DNA from: an uncultured Rhodobacterales bacterium
Lineage (GTDB): Bacteria; Pseudomonadota; Alphaproteobacteria; Rhodobacterales; Rhodobacteraceae
Assembly: GCA_964632495.1 (NCBI GenBank)
Contig: CAZWDS010000001.1
Location: 21,318-85,317, forward strand
Length of the DNA stretch: 64,000 nt
Direction: 5' to 3'
This document shows positions 17,210 through 27,395 of this stretch, piece by piece. A program made the position numbers and the translations under genes. Position 1 is the stretch's first letter; each line of letters starts with the position of its first letter. The notes under the pieces are model-generated. The model saw only the letters and a list, made by a program, of their open reading frames with translations. It did not search any database and was not told the DNA's origin.

Positions 17210-18667
17210 TTATAGTCCGATCAAGATTTGAATCAGTTCGTCCGCAGTCTGGACGACACGAGCGTTCGCGGCATAGGCTTGTTCAATCAACAATAGTTTT
17301 TGCATTTCCTGGTCGGTATCCACACCATCGGCCAGCATAGAAGCCTCTAGGCTTTCGAACCGCGCAACCTCAAACGAGACGCGAGCGCTGCTGCCAACAA
17401 GAGATTGTCCAGCCAAGGACGTAAGGGAAGTTGCGAAACCAGAGACGTCTTTATCACCTGCCGAGAAGGTGCCGCCGATGGACGCCCGGGCTTCTGATAG
17501 GACTTCGACCATATCGTTTAATAGCGAAGCATCTCCTACTGCCCCTGGTACAGTTGCGCCGAGCCCATCCCGGATGCGCCAGATGCTGCCAGCGGATGCT
17601 GGGTCAACCAATTCGTTGATCTCAACTCGACCTGCAAGACCGATGACGTCCAATACGTCCAATGCGGCACCTCCGTCCGTGAACAATCCAGGATCACCGA
17701 TGGCGAGTGTCGGATCCAATGCTGGATCTTCGAAGCGCGAGACCAGGTCGCGTGCAAGCTCATCTACATTAGCCTGGATACCTACGGCACTTTCGTCTCG
17801 AAGTTCGAAAAGGCTGGCCAATGCGCCTCCGGCAATCGCAGATAAGTTGCCAGATGTTGCAACCGGCGCCCCGTCGATTGTAAGCCCTGAAAGAGCGCCA
17901 GACGCTAAGGTCATGTCTGCAATAATTGGTGCCGTAGCTTCGAAACCTATTTCCACAGGCTCGATATCGAGCAGCATGGCACCACCCATCGTGTACAGCG
18001 CAATAACATCGTTTCCACGATCAAGCTTGCGAATTGGCACAAGTTCACTGATGTCATCCACCAGTTTCTGGCGTTGATCCAAAAGCGTTGGATAATCGCG
18101 ATCGTGTGCTTTGGCGCGCTGAATTTGTTCGTTCAGTTCCGCGATCTGTTCAAGCGATGTATTCAGTCGATTGATTTCAAGTTCAATGCGTGCGTCCGCG
18201 CCTTCCCGAAGGGTGCGAACACCGTCGGATATGTCGTTGAGTTTAGTGGCCAAGGATGATGCTGCGTGGACAACACTATTTAGACGTGCATCTGAATCAG
18301 GTCGAGACGCGGCTTCCAAAAGGCTTGTTTCAAAGGTGCCGACTCGTGCAGCAAGACTTCCTGGCGTTTCGGGCGTTCCGATCAGGTCAAGAACATTCGT
18401 GCTGAATTCGAAAGCAATCTGCGCACTACCCGAAGCGGCGGACGCAAGCCGTTTGTCCCGCAATACTGCCTCGTCCACCAATCGCGAGATGCCATCAACC
18501 TGCACACCTGCACCCGAGCCACCAGCGGAACGCGGGCTGAGTTCGATTTCGCGGCGTGCGTACCCTTCCGTCAAAGCGTTCGAAACGTTCGAGCTGACGA
18601 CCTGCGCCGACCGGGAGGCTGCGGCCAGCCCGGTCAACGCGTTTGCAAGTGCACCTGAAATACTCAT
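17210..18667 (-). CDS. flgK: FlgK, hook-associated protein 1
   Basis: N-terminus MSISGALANALTGLAAASRSAQVVSSNVSNALTEGY. C-terminus LLLIEQAYAANARVVQTADELIQILI. Confidence 0.85.
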   Translation of the reverse strand: MSISGALANALTGLAAASRSAQVVSSNVSNALTEGYARREIELSPRSAGGSGAGVQVDGISRLVDEAVLRDKRLASAASGSAQIAFEFSTNVLDLIGTPETPGSLAARVGTFETSLLEAASRPDSDARLNSVVHAASSLATKLNDISDGVRTLREGADARIELEINRLNTSLEQIAELNEQIQRAKAHDRDYPTLLDQRQKLVDDISELVPIRKLDRGNDVIALYTMGGAMLLDIEPVEIGFEATAPIIADMTLASGALSGLTIDGAPVATSGNLSAIAGGALASLFELRDESAVGIQANVDELARDLVSRFEDPALDPTLAIGDPGLFTDGGAALDVLDVIGLAGRVEINELVDPASAGSIWRIRDGLGATVPGAVGDASLLNDMVEVLSEARASIGGTFSAGDKDVSGFATSLTSLAGQSLVGSSARVSFEVARFESLEASMLADGVDTDQEMQKLLLIEQAYAANARVVQTADELIQILIGL

Positions 18668-18676
18668 GACCTATGA

Positions 18677-19981
18677 CTACCGTTTAATGTTTGTGGTTTC
18701 CTGAAGCATTTCATCAACTGTCTGGATTACCTTGGCGTTCGATGAATAGGCACGCTGTGTCTGGATCAATTGCGTCAATTCGCCCGCGACATCCGTTGAG
18801 CTTTCTTCAAGAGCGTAGCTGACAATATCGCCAGTCGGCCCATCAGCGGCGTCCCAAAGGAAAACCGTGCCACTTTCGCTGGAGGTCGAATAGATCTGAT
18901 TGTCACCTGCTTTGAGGCCATTTGGATTTGACACATCGATCAAGGGGATTTGGTAAATTGTCCTTGTGATCCCGATGTCAAAATTTGCCGAGACATAGCC
19001 ATTGGCATCAATATCAACCGAGATCAGGTTACCCACGGGCGAGCCGTCTTTCGAGATTGAGGTCGGTGCAAAGCTGTCGGACAGTTGTGTCAGTCCGGTT
19101 CCTGTCCCAACCGCACCGATGTTCAAAGAGATGTTTCCTCCAGCGACAGCCATCGTAAATTCGCCTGTCGTGTCGTCATAGGCACCGCCCGTTATGGGTG
19201 TGACAGACGCAATTGTGCCACCAGATGCACGCGTGTCATCGAATACAATGGTATATTGACCAATCACCGCGCCGGCAGACGCGGAATCGGTCATGGTCAT
19301 CGTCCAAGTATTCGAGGATCCGGCTGCTGCGGGCACAGTTGGTGCAAACGTGATGCCAATGCTTTGCGATGTACCCAAGTTGTCGAAGTACTCAACCGAA
19401 AGCGGCAAACTGTCACCGGAAGACCCGAATTCCGTTTCCGTAGCAGGAAGGTTGACGCCAAGAGAAATGGCCGTTGTTGGTTCTGACGTGAACTGGTTCA
19501 CATTGATTTGCACCGGTTCCAGCCCGTCACTGGTGTCACGGGCGAACGTTGGGATTGTTCCGTCTGCATCGGCTGGCCAACCCATCAAAGTCACACCAAC
19601 TGGCGTGCGCAAGAAACCGTCTTCATCCGTTCGAAACGACCCGGTCGTGGCCAAAAACAACGGATAATCCCCAATCGAATTCAGAACCGAACTTTCGGTT
19701 GTGACCGGAAAGAACCCGCGCCCGCGTACTGCGATGTCTGTTGGATTATCCGTAGACGCAAGCGACCCGGTTTGATCAATCATGCGCTGTGTTGTGACGC
19801 GCACGCCGCCAGCGGAATATGTGCCCTCGCCACTTTCAATCACAAGCGACGAAAAATCAGCGACCGCCCTTTTGTATCCATATGTTGCGGAGTTCGCGAT
19901 GTTGTCAGCGATGGTTGCAAGTCGACTGGCATTCGCTGCCAACCCTGCCACACCCGCGTTCAACGAAGAAGAAATCGTCAT
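18677..19981 (-). CDS. flgE: FlgE, flagellar hook protein
   Basis: N-terminus MTISSSLNAGVAGLAANASRLATIADNIANSATYGYK. C-terminus LIQTQRAYSSNAKVIQTVDEMLQE. Confidence 0.9.
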   Translation of the reverse strand: MTISSSLNAGVAGLAANASRLATIADNIANSATYGYKRAVADFSSLVIESGEGTYSAGGVRVTTQRMIDQTGSLASTDNPTDIAVRGRGFFPVTTESSVLNSIGDYPLFLATTGSFRTDEDGFLRTPVGVTLMGWPADADGTIPTFARDTSDGLEPVQINVNQFTSEPTTAISLGVNLPATETEFGSSGDSLPLSVEYFDNLGTSQSIGITFAPTVPAAAGSSNTWTMTMTDSASAGAVIGQYTIVFDDTRASGGTIASVTPITGGAYDDTTGEFTMAVAGGNISLNIGAVGTGTGLTQLSDSFAPTSISKDGSPVGNLISVDIDANGYVSANFDIGITRTIYQIPLIDVSNPNGLKAGDNQIYSTSSESGTVFLWDAADGPTGDIVSYALEESSTDVAGELTQLIQTQRAYSSNAKVIQTVDEMLQETTNIKR

Positions 19982-20032
19982 GCTTCAGCCTTTCTGCTGT
20001 ATGCCCCTGCCCATCCTGATATCCGAATGGCT

Positions 20033-20047
20033 TTAACGGGCAGCTAA
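20033..20047. promoter_or_regulatory. CtrA-box-like motif TTAA-N7-CTAA upstream of flgE
   Basis: Read directly: TTAACGGGCAGCTAA, in the 90-bp motB-flgE spacer. It has one mismatch to TTAA-N7-TTAA. Confidence 0.25.
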
Positions 20048-20071
20048 CATCTAAATTGTGAATTAGTTTCG

Positions 20072-20917
20072 CTAGGTTTTGTGCCGGAGCAGAATGATCT
20101 CGATCCGGTTATTTCGGATAGACAGCGTGTCACGAACGACAGGTTGTCGATCTGCATACCCCGTCACCCGCTGCATGCGGTCTTCGCTTAAGCCACTTTC
20201 AATCAGCAGTTTTCGAACCGCATTTGCCCGAGCTGATGATTGCTCCCACACCGGGTTTTCGCGTGCTGCCAGAGGTACACTGGCCAGATAACCCTGAACT
20301 GCGATGTCATTCGCAGCCACCCGAAAAACCTCGGCCACCGAAAAGACAACGTCGACCAAAACATCGCTGGGGACTGCGCCGCTTAAAAAAAGCGGTGCAT
20401 CCGGAATATCAAACACCTCAATGATCAAGCCTTCATCTGTCAGTTTGGTCACCACATGGCGCTGCAAAAGATCGCTGACCAAGCTTTCACCGCTTTTCGC
20501 CGAAAGCTTTTTTTCCAGGTCTTCCAGTTGATCCGCCTGTCCCTCGCCCCCTTCGCCTTCGCTTTCCGGACTAACCCCACTGTCGCCCTGGTTCGACTCA
20601 GACGCTGATGGCAAAGACACGCCTGCGCCGGTTCCGTTGCTGGCCAAAGTGTTTTCGGTGAAGACGCTGTCGCCACCAAATGCGCCATCCCCCCCGCCAG
20701 ACACCTTGTTCACCGGAATCGTCGGGTTGAAATAGTCGGCAATACCCTTGCGCTGTTTTTCTGTCGTCGCACCCAGAAGCCACATTAACAAAAAGAACGC
20801 CATCATCGCCGTCACAAAGTCAGCATAAGCCACCTTCCAGGCGCCACCATGGTGACCGCCTGCAATGACTTTCTTCCGCCTGATGATAATCGGCGCCGGT
20901 TGGTCCGACATGTCCAC
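20072..20917 (-). CDS. motB: MotB, flagellar stator protein with OmpA-like peptidoglycan-binding domain
   Basis: GGAWKVAYADFVTAMMAFFLLMWLL plug/TM region with the conserved Asp. C-terminal OmpA-like segment (RANAVRKLLIESGLSEDRMQRVTGYADRQP). Confidence 0.85.
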   Translation of the reverse strand: MDMSDQPAPIIIRRKKVIAGGHHGGAWKVAYADFVTAMMAFFLLMWLLGATTEKQRKGIADYFNPTIPVNKVSGGGDGAFGGDSVFTENTLASNGTGAGVSLPSASESNQGDSGVSPESEGEGGEGQADQLEDLEKKLSAKSGESLVSDLLQRHVVTKLTDEGLIIEVFDIPDAPLFLSGAVPSDVLVDVVFSVAEVFRVAANDIAVQGYLASVPLAARENPVWEQSSARANAVRKLLIESGLSEDRMQRVTGYADRQPVVRDTLSIRNNRIEIILLRHKT

Positions 20918-21069
20918 TCCTCACAACAGAGGTCTTTTCTTAGCGCCCCACGCATGAACATTCGTTTAAAGTCAGCGCGTTTGCGGCGATCCAGTGGTGC
21001 TTCGCTGTGCAAAGCACTAGAAAACCGCCTGCGGTTGGATTAGGCCAATGAGCAAAGGGAGTATCATCT

Positions 21070-22854
21070 GTGTCGACACCAAAGCTTCGTAGTCAGGAAT
21101 GGTTCAACAATCCGGAGAACCAGGAAATGACAGCGCTCTATCTCGAGCGGTACCTGAACTACGGGCTGACACGGGAAGAACTGCAATCCGGAAAGCCCAT
21201 CATCGGAATTGCGCAAACAGGCAGCGATCTATCGCCTTGCAACCGGCATCACGTCGAACTGGCCAAGCGTGTGCGCGATGGGATCATCTCGGCAGGCGGT
21301 ACGGTTATGGAATTCCCCGTTCATCCCATTCAGGAAACCGGCAAACGCCCCACAGCCTCGCTGGATCGCAACCTTGCCTATCTGTCCCTGACCGAGTCGC
21401 TTTACGGTTATCCCATTGATGCCGCCGTCTTGACCATCGGATGCGACAAGACCACCCCTGCCCTTTTGATGGCTGCCTCAACCGTGAATATCCCCGCCAT
21501 CGCCATGTCCGTCGGCCCCATGCTGAACGGCTGGTTCCGAGGCGAGCGTACCGGGTCCGGCACCATCGTCTGGAAGGCGCGCGAATTGCTAGCGGCAGGC
21601 GAGATTGACGATGATGGCTTCATGGAGCTTGTCGCCTCTTCCGCGCCTTCGACCGGCTATTGCAACACTATGGGCACCGCCACGACAATGAACTCGCTAG
21701 CCGAAGCTTTGGGCATGCAACTGCCCGGCTCTGCCGCAATCCCTGCGCCTTACCGCGAACGCGGGCAGATCGCTTACGAAACTGGCCGTCAGATCGTCGA
21801 GATGATCAAGGCCGACCGTCGCCCCTCCGACATCATGACGCGCGAAGCGTTCGAAAACGCGATCGTCGTGAACTCGGCAATCGGGGGTTCGACCAACGCG
21901 CCTATTCACCTAGCTGCCATCGCACGGCACCTTGGCGTGCCCTTGGAAAATGACGACTGGCAGGACCTTGGCCACAAGATTCCGCTTCTGGTCAATCTTC
22001 AACCCGCTGGTGAATATCTGGGCGAGGATTATCACCGTGCAGGTGGCGTGCCCGCCGTGATTGGCGAACTTTTGGAAGCCGGGCTGCTACCGCATCCTGA
22101 TGCGATGACGGCCAATGGCAAAACGATTGCCGAAAATTGTGCCGACAAGCGCAGCGTGAACACCGATGTCATCAAAAAGGTCGCCGACCCGATGTTGCAG
22201 AATGCCGGGTTCATCAATCTCAAGGGCAACTTGTTTGACAGTGCGATTATGAAAACCAGCGTAATCTCGAAAGAATTTCGCGACCGCTATCTGTCAAACC
22301 CAGATGACCCCGAGGCCTTCGAAGGCCGCGCCATCGTCTTCGATTCCATCGAGCATTATCACCACGCCATCGACGATCCCGCGCTTGAAATCGACGAGCA
22401 CTGCATCCTGATTATGCGCGGCGCTGGCCCCATCGGATATCCTGGCGGCGCCGAAGTCGTGAACATGCGGCCCCCGGCATACTTGCTGAAAAAGGACATC
22501 CATTCGCTGCCTTGCGTCGGAGACGGGCGGCAGTCCGGCACCTCTGGCTCGCCCTCAATCCTGAACGCCTCGCCCGAGGCCGCGGCAGGTGGTGGATTGG
22601 CCTTGGTTCAAACCGGCGACCGGGTTCGGATCGACCTGAACGCCTGCACCGCAAACATGCTGGTCAAAGATGCCGAACTTGAAAAACGTCGCGCCGCTCT
22701 GCCGGATCGTCCTTTCTCGCCAGAAAGCCAATCGCCGTGGCAGGAAATCTTCCGCGAAAAAACGGCTCAGTTCGCCGAAGGCATGGTCCTGAAAGGCGCA
22801 CCCGAGTTCCAGGACATCGCCCGCACCAAAGGCGTGCCCCGCGACAACCACTAG
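21070..22854 (+). CDS. IlvD/Edd-family dehydratase (sugar-acid or dihydroxy-acid dehydratase)
   Basis: 594 aa. GTG start with a GGGAG SD. Motifs CNRHH, CDKTTPA, and [15 protein letters not shown]. Confidence 0.9.
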   Translation: MSTPKLRSQEWFNNPENQEMTALYLERYLNYGLTREELQSGKPIIGIAQTGSDLSPCNRHHVELAKRVRDGIISAGGTVMEFPVHPIQETGKRPTASLDRNLAYLSLTESLYGYPIDAAVLTIGCDKTTPALLMAASTVNIPAIAMSVGPMLNGWFRGERTGSGTIVWKARELLAAGEIDDDGFMELVASSAPSTGYCNTMGTATTMNSLAEALGMQLPGSAAIPAPYRERGQIAYETGRQIVEMIKADRRPSDIMTREAFENAIVVNSAIGGSTNAPIHLAAIARHLGVPLENDDWQDLGHKIPLLVNLQPAGEYLGEDYHRAGGVPAVIGELLEAGLLPHPDAMTANGKTIAENCADKRSVNTDVIKKVADPMLQNAGFINLKGNLFDSAIMKTSVISKEFRDRYLSNPDDPEAFEGRAIVFDSIEHYHHAIDDPALEIDEHCILIMRGAGPIGYPGGAEVVNMRPPAYLLKKDIHSLPCVGDGRQSGTSGSPSILNASPEAAAGGGLALVQTGDRVRIDLNACTANMLVKDAELEKRRAALPDRPFSPESQSPWQEIFREKTAQFAEGMVLKGAPEFQDIARTKGVPRDNH

Positions 22855-22860
22855 AGCGGT

Positions 22861-24378
22861 CTAAGCAGGTGTGAACAGGTCGCGATAGGTGTCGCGCAGA
22901 ATGTTCTTTTGAACCTTGCCCATCGTATTGCGCGGCAACGCTTCTACGATCAGGATCTGGCGCGGATGCTTGAACCGCGCCAGCGCCTCTGTCGCCGCAC
23001 CTTCGATCTGCGCAACGTCCGGTTCTTCCCCCGCAACCGGCACGATCAACCCCACAACGGTTTCTCCGAAATCCGGATGCGGCACGCCGATCACAGCGCT
23101 TTCCAACACTCCGGGCTGTTCATCCAGCACAAGTTCGATCTCCTTCGGATAGATGTTGTAACCGCCCGAGATGATCAGATCCTTGTCCCGCCCAACGATA
23201 TGCACATACCCGTCCGCATCAACCCGGCCCAGATCGCCGGTGATAAAGAACCCATCCTCGCGCAGCTCGGCCGCCGTTTTCTCTGGCATCTGCCAATAGC
23301 CTTTGAACACATTCGGGCCGCGAACCTCGATCTGGCCAATGTCGCCCTCCGGCACCACATCGCCTGTTACCGGATCGATGATCTTCAACTCGACCCCCGG
23401 AAGCGGCATGCCAACCGTCCCCGCCCGCCGCTCGCCATTGTAAGGGTTAGACGTGTTCATATTGGTTTCCGTCATCCCATAGCGTTCCAGAATGCGGTGC
23501 CCGGTGCGCGTTTCAAACTGAACATGCGTTTCAGCCAAAAGCGGAGCACTTCCCGACACGAACAACCGCATATGCGCCGACAGTTCCTTGGTGAAACGCG
23601 CATCATCCAAAAGTCGCGTATAAAACGTAGGCACACCCATCATCACACTCGCCTTGGGCAAAAGATCAATAATCTGATCCAGATCGAACTTCGTCAAAAA
23701 GATCATCGACCCACCGCTGGCCAGCGTGACATTTGTCGCCACGAAAAGCCCATGAGTGTGAAAGATCGGCAGCGCGTGCAGCAAGACATCGCGGTCGGTG
23801 AACGCCCAATAATCGGCAAGCGTGTTTGCATTCGACAACAGATTGCCCTGCGTCAGCATCGCGCCCTTCGACCGCCCTGTCGTGCCCGAGGTATAAAGAA
23901 ATGCCGCCAGATCATCCTCGTCACGCTCAACCGTCACGAAAGACGCAGGCTTGGTGTTTGCTGCGTCAATGAAAGCTCCGGTCCCATCGCCATTTAACGA
24001 CAGAAGCTGCGCCCCAAGCGGCGTACTGATCGGCGACAAGGTCTCGACATCTTTGCCCGCACAGACAACCAGCTTCGCGCCAGAATCCTCGATGAAATAG
24101 GACAACTCGCTCACCGTGTAAGCCGTGTTCAACGGCAAAAACACCACCCCGGTTCGCGCACAAGCCGCATACAAAGCCAGTGCCTCCGGCGACTTGTCGA
24201 TCTGCGCCGCCAACCGATCCCCGGGAACCAAACCCGCATCGCTTAACACATGCGCAAACTGGGCAGCCTTCGCCAGAAATGCGTCGTGCGTGACAACCGT
24301 TCCATCCGCCAAATGCAGAAACGCGGACGATTGCCCCGCATATCGTCCGAACAAAGTGTCATAAAGCGGATTGGTCAC
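22861..24378 (-). CDS. matB: Malonyl-CoA synthetase (AMP-binding superfamily)
   Basis: AMP-binding motifs (LYTSGTTGRSKGAML; GDLGRVDADGYVHIVGRDKDLIISGGYNIYPKEIE). The N-terminal region resembles rhizobial MatB. Start overlaps the stop of the upstream malonyl-CoA decarboxylase gene. Confidence 0.85.
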   Translation of the reverse strand: MTNPLYDTLFGRYAGQSSAFLHLADGTVVTHDAFLAKAAQFAHVLSDAGLVPGDRLAAQIDKSPEALALYAACARTGVVFLPLNTAYTVSELSYFIEDSGAKLVVCAGKDVETLSPISTPLGAQLLSLNGDGTGAFIDAANTKPASFVTVERDEDDLAAFLYTSGTTGRSKGAMLTQGNLLSNANTLADYWAFTDRDVLLHALPIFHTHGLFVATNVTLASGGSMIFLTKFDLDQIIDLLPKASVMMGVPTFYTRLLDDARFTKELSAHMRLFVSGSAPLLAETHVQFETRTGHRILERYGMTETNMNTSNPYNGERRAGTVGMPLPGVELKIIDPVTGDVVPEGDIGQIEVRGPNVFKGYWQMPEKTAAELREDGFFITGDLGRVDADGYVHIVGRDKDLIISGGYNIYPKEIELVLDEQPGVLESAVIGVPHPDFGETVVGLIVPVAGEEPDVAQIEGAATEALARFKHPRQILIVEALPRNTMGKVQKNILRDTYRDLFTPA

Positions 24379-25637
24379 TGGCCTTTCTCCTCAGCCAAAA
24401 TCTTCTTCCCACTCCCGGCAAGAGAGCGCATTTCAGACGACGCAGACATCTTCCCTGACGTGGCAAATCGTTCGTGGTTCTGAGACACTTTCCCAAGGTC
24501 ATAAAGATAATTCACCATGACTCCACTAGATTGACCCATACCCTTGTCCGACACATCCGCACCCGCGTGAACCTTGTGAACCTGCGCCCCGTTTCCAAGA
24601 TGGAACCGCGCAACAGGATCGCGCGGCGCACCACCGTCGCGTTTCGCATCCAACAGATAATGCGCGGCCAAGGCCCGAATACGATCATCCTCGGTCGGGG
24701 CCGGATCAACGCCCTCTTCTGTCAGCCAAGCGTTCAAGCCGGGAATAGGCGACAGCGTGACATAGTTTTTCAAACCCGGCAGCTCCATCGCAAGATCAAG
24801 CGCCACTTGTTTGATCAGCGAATTCCCGAACGAGATATTCGCAAGCCCCGCCTGACAATTCGAAATCGAATAGAAAACAGCAGTGTCCGCGTCATCGGCC
24901 ACGATACCTTCCCGGTCTTCAGACAACAAATCTTGAACCGAATTCGGAATACCCTTGGTCAAAGCAACCTCAACAAAGATCAACGGCTCGTCCGCCATCG
25001 CCGGATGGAAAAACGCAAAACAACGCCGATCCGCAGGCACCAGACGGCGTCTCAGATCCTCCCAACTATCAATGGCATGCACGGCTTCATAAGCGATGAT
25101 CTTATCCAGAATATGCGCGGGGCTTTCCCAGTTGATCGGACGCAACACCAGAAACCCGCGATTGAACCACGAACTAAACAGATGCTGAAAGTCGTAATCC
25201 AACGCTGCAAGCGCGGCATCGTTTTTGGTAAGCCTCAGAAGATGCGACCGCATCGACACCAACTGTCCCGTCGCCTGTGGCACGCGATTTAAGCGTCGGA
25301 TCAACTCTTGTCGCTTGGGTTCAGCGGCTTCGGCAAACCGTTGATACGCCTTTCGGCTTGGATTTTGTTCATACGCCTCCAGCGTTTCTCGCACCGCGCT
25401 TGGATCAAAATCCATGGAGTTGGCAAGATAATCGAAGAAAGCCTTCTTCTCTGCGTCAGTCATGCTCTCGAACCGATCAAGGATCAAACGCCCCAGCTTT
25501 TGCCCTGACATTTCACCATCAGTCCCCACCAGCGCCTCGGCCAATTCCGCCGTCCCGCGCGCATCCGTCCCGGCAATTCCGGGTATGCGCATCCGCCGCT
25601 CAAAGACGGTCGATAATAGATCGGCAAGCATGGTCAT
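24375..25637 (-). CDS. matA: Malonyl-CoA decarboxylase
   Basis: 420 aa of the MCD family (RCFAFFHPAMADEPLIFVEVAL...FYSISNCQAGLANISFGNSLIKQV...ARFHLGNGA). Confidence 0.85.
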   Translation of the reverse strand: MTMLADLLSTVFERRMRIPGIAGTDARGTAELAEALVGTDGEMSGQKLGRLILDRFESMTDAEKKAFFDYLANSMDFDPSAVRETLEAYEQNPSRKAYQRFAEAAEPKRQELIRRLNRVPQATGQLVSMRSHLLRLTKNDAALAALDYDFQHLFSSWFNRGFLVLRPINWESPAHILDKIIAYEAVHAIDSWEDLRRRLVPADRRCFAFFHPAMADEPLIFVEVALTKGIPNSVQDLLSEDREGIVADDADTAVFYSISNCQAGLANISFGNSLIKQVALDLAMELPGLKNYVTLSPIPGLNAWLTEEGVDPAPTEDDRIRALAAHYLLDAKRDGGAPRDPVARFHLGNGAQVHKVHAGADVSDKGMGQSSGVMVNYLYDLGKVSQNHERFATSGKMSASSEMRSLAGSGKKILAEEKGQ

Positions 25638-25787
25638 AGCGACACTCCGTTAACTCTGTTGGGCAACCACGTAACACGAGATCGTTCTTTCCTTGCTGTG
25701 ATGGCGATGTACGGCTAGCGAGTCAATCTTCTTGTATACAAGATGGCTCTTCTTGCGTGCAATAATGCGAACTGCTATCTGTTAAAC

Positions 25788-26444
25788 ATGGAACAGAAAC
25801 GATCCGACCTGATCGCCAACCAAATCGAAGAGCTGATCTTTAACGGCACCTTCAGCGATGGTGAACGTCTGGACGAAGTCCAATTGTCCGCGCGCTTTGA
25901 TGTTTCGCGCACGCCGGTTCGCGAGGCCTTGCTCAAGGTGGCTCAATCCGGGTTGGTCGAACACCTTCCCCGGCGTGGCGTGTTCGTCCGACACCCCGGC
26001 CCGATCGAACTGATCGAAATGTTCGACGTCATGGCCGAACTGGAAGCCGCTTGCGCACGCTTCGCCGCCTCTCGCATTTCAGACGAAGCCATCACAGCTT
26101 TGAAGGATGCAAACATCCGTTGCACCGCGGCGGTCGAAGCCAAAGACACCGAAAGCTACTATCGCGAGAACGAAACCTTTCACGCGCTTCTTTATAAAGA
26201 GTCGGGCAACAGCTTTCTTCAACAAGAGTGCATTCGCCTGCAAAAACGGCTTCAGCCGTTCCGGCGTACGCAATTGCGTTTGCGTGGCCGTTTAAAACAA
26301 TCCATGGCCGAACATGAAAACATCGTCGCGGCCTTGGAGGCAGGCGATGGTGCCAAGGCGGCGAAATTGGTTCGCCGTCATGTCGCCGTTCAGGGCGAAA
26401 AATTCCATCACCTTATGGCCAGCTTGAAAACCGCAGTGGCCTAG
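25788..26444 (+). CDS. GntR/FadR-family transcriptional regulator, divergent from matA
   Basis: wHTH (RLDEVQLSARFDVSRTPVREALLKV) plus an FCD-type C-domain. Start taken at MEQKRSD; the track ORF begins at 25743. Confidence 0.85.
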   Translation: MEQKRSDLIANQIEELIFNGTFSDGERLDEVQLSARFDVSRTPVREALLKVAQSGLVEHLPRRGVFVRHPGPIELIEMFDVMAELEAACARFAASRISDEAITALKDANIRCTAAVEAKDTESYYRENETFHALLYKESGNSFLQQECIRLQKRLQPFRRTQLRLRGRLKQSMAEHENIVAALEAGDGAKAAKLVRRHVAVQGEKFHHLMASLKTAVA

Positions 26445-26636
26445 CACGATCAATCCTGTATCGCAGCCCACCGCTTCCCGGGCACTATATATAGATTCAC
26501 CCCTGAATCCGCACCGACGTAATACCGACGCAATACATACGTAATACCGACGTTGAAAAATCAGTAAAATAAAGCCCCAGCGGGCCATCTGGCGCAAATC
26601 ACCGATCTAAGCTCCGCACGTAGTGCAAAGACGTCG

Positions 26637-27254
26637 TTAATCTCTGTCCATCGAATGGTATTCCCGATTGGGCATCATGTCGCTGGCAATGGCAAAGCGG
26701 TTCGACATGTTGAAAAAGCCAATCACATCGCTCAGATCGAAGATTTCGTCGTTGCTCAGACCAGCATTGCGCAAAGTCTCCCGGTCCGGCTCGTCCACAT
26801 CCCAAGGCGTTGTCGTCAGCTTCCAGGCAAAGTCTAGCATCGCCCTCTCACGCGGCTCCAGCTTGGCAACACGATAGTTCATCACAAGCATCTCGCCCAA
26901 CTCGGGATCCCCCGAAAGCCGCCGAACCGCCTGCCCATGCGCCACAAGACAATAAAAACAACGGTTTGCCGAGGACACAACCACCGCCACCATTTCGCGT
27001 TCCAGCTTCGACAGCTTCGAATCCCCAAGCATCAGCGTGTTGTACATCGCCGCAAAGGACCGCAGTTTGTCCTGATTGGCGGAATACGTGCGCAGCACAT
27101 TCGGCACCATGCCCAGCTTTTCCTCGCAGACAGCAAAGTATGCGGCCATGTCCTCATCCAGTTCGGACGGGTCCGGCAGATCGTAAATTGAGACATGATC
27201 AGGCTGGGGCAAAGCAAAGTTCTCCGTAAAAGCAACAACGATTCGTACAAGCAT
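26637..27254 (-). CDS. AhpD-like / carboxymuconolactone decarboxylase-family peroxidase-related protein
   Basis: CxxC-type motif in SSANRCFYCLVAHG and surrounding AhpD-fold helices. 205 aa. Confidence 0.8.
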   Translation of the reverse strand: MLVRIVVAFTENFALPQPDHVSIYDLPDPSELDEDMAAYFAVCEEKLGMVPNVLRTYSANQDKLRSFAAMYNTLMLGDSKLSKLEREMVAVVVSSANRCFYCLVAHGQAVRRLSGDPELGEMLVMNYRVAKLEPRERAMLDFAWKLTTTPWDVDEPDRETLRNAGLSNDEIFDLSDVIGFFNMSNRFAIASDMMPNREYHSMDRD

Positions 27255-27395
27255 TGAGCGCAGCCTGCCCTATTTAAGCAAGGTGCTGTTTCGCAACTAG
27301 GCATACTGAGCCCAAGCAATAAGACATTGTGACCAAGGACGAAAAAGTGAAACAGTGCCCTGCCTTTGATCTCTAACTGGCAACAGAGAAACAAT

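Noticed and set aside
17469-18704. 202-aa and 177-aa plus-strand ORFs
   Set aside because: They are antisense to flgK. Their products are Ser/Pro/Ala-rich shadow frames.
22909-23997. 362-aa ORF on the plus strand
   Set aside because: It lies entirely antisense to the well-supported matB gene. The product is Arg/His/Pro-rich low-complexity sequence, typical of a shadow frame in GC-rich DNA. It has no SD and no recognisable motif.
24474-25292. 272-aa plus-strand ORF
   Set aside because: It is antisense to malonyl-CoA decarboxylase. Its Arg/Ile/His-rich composition marks it as a shadow ORF.
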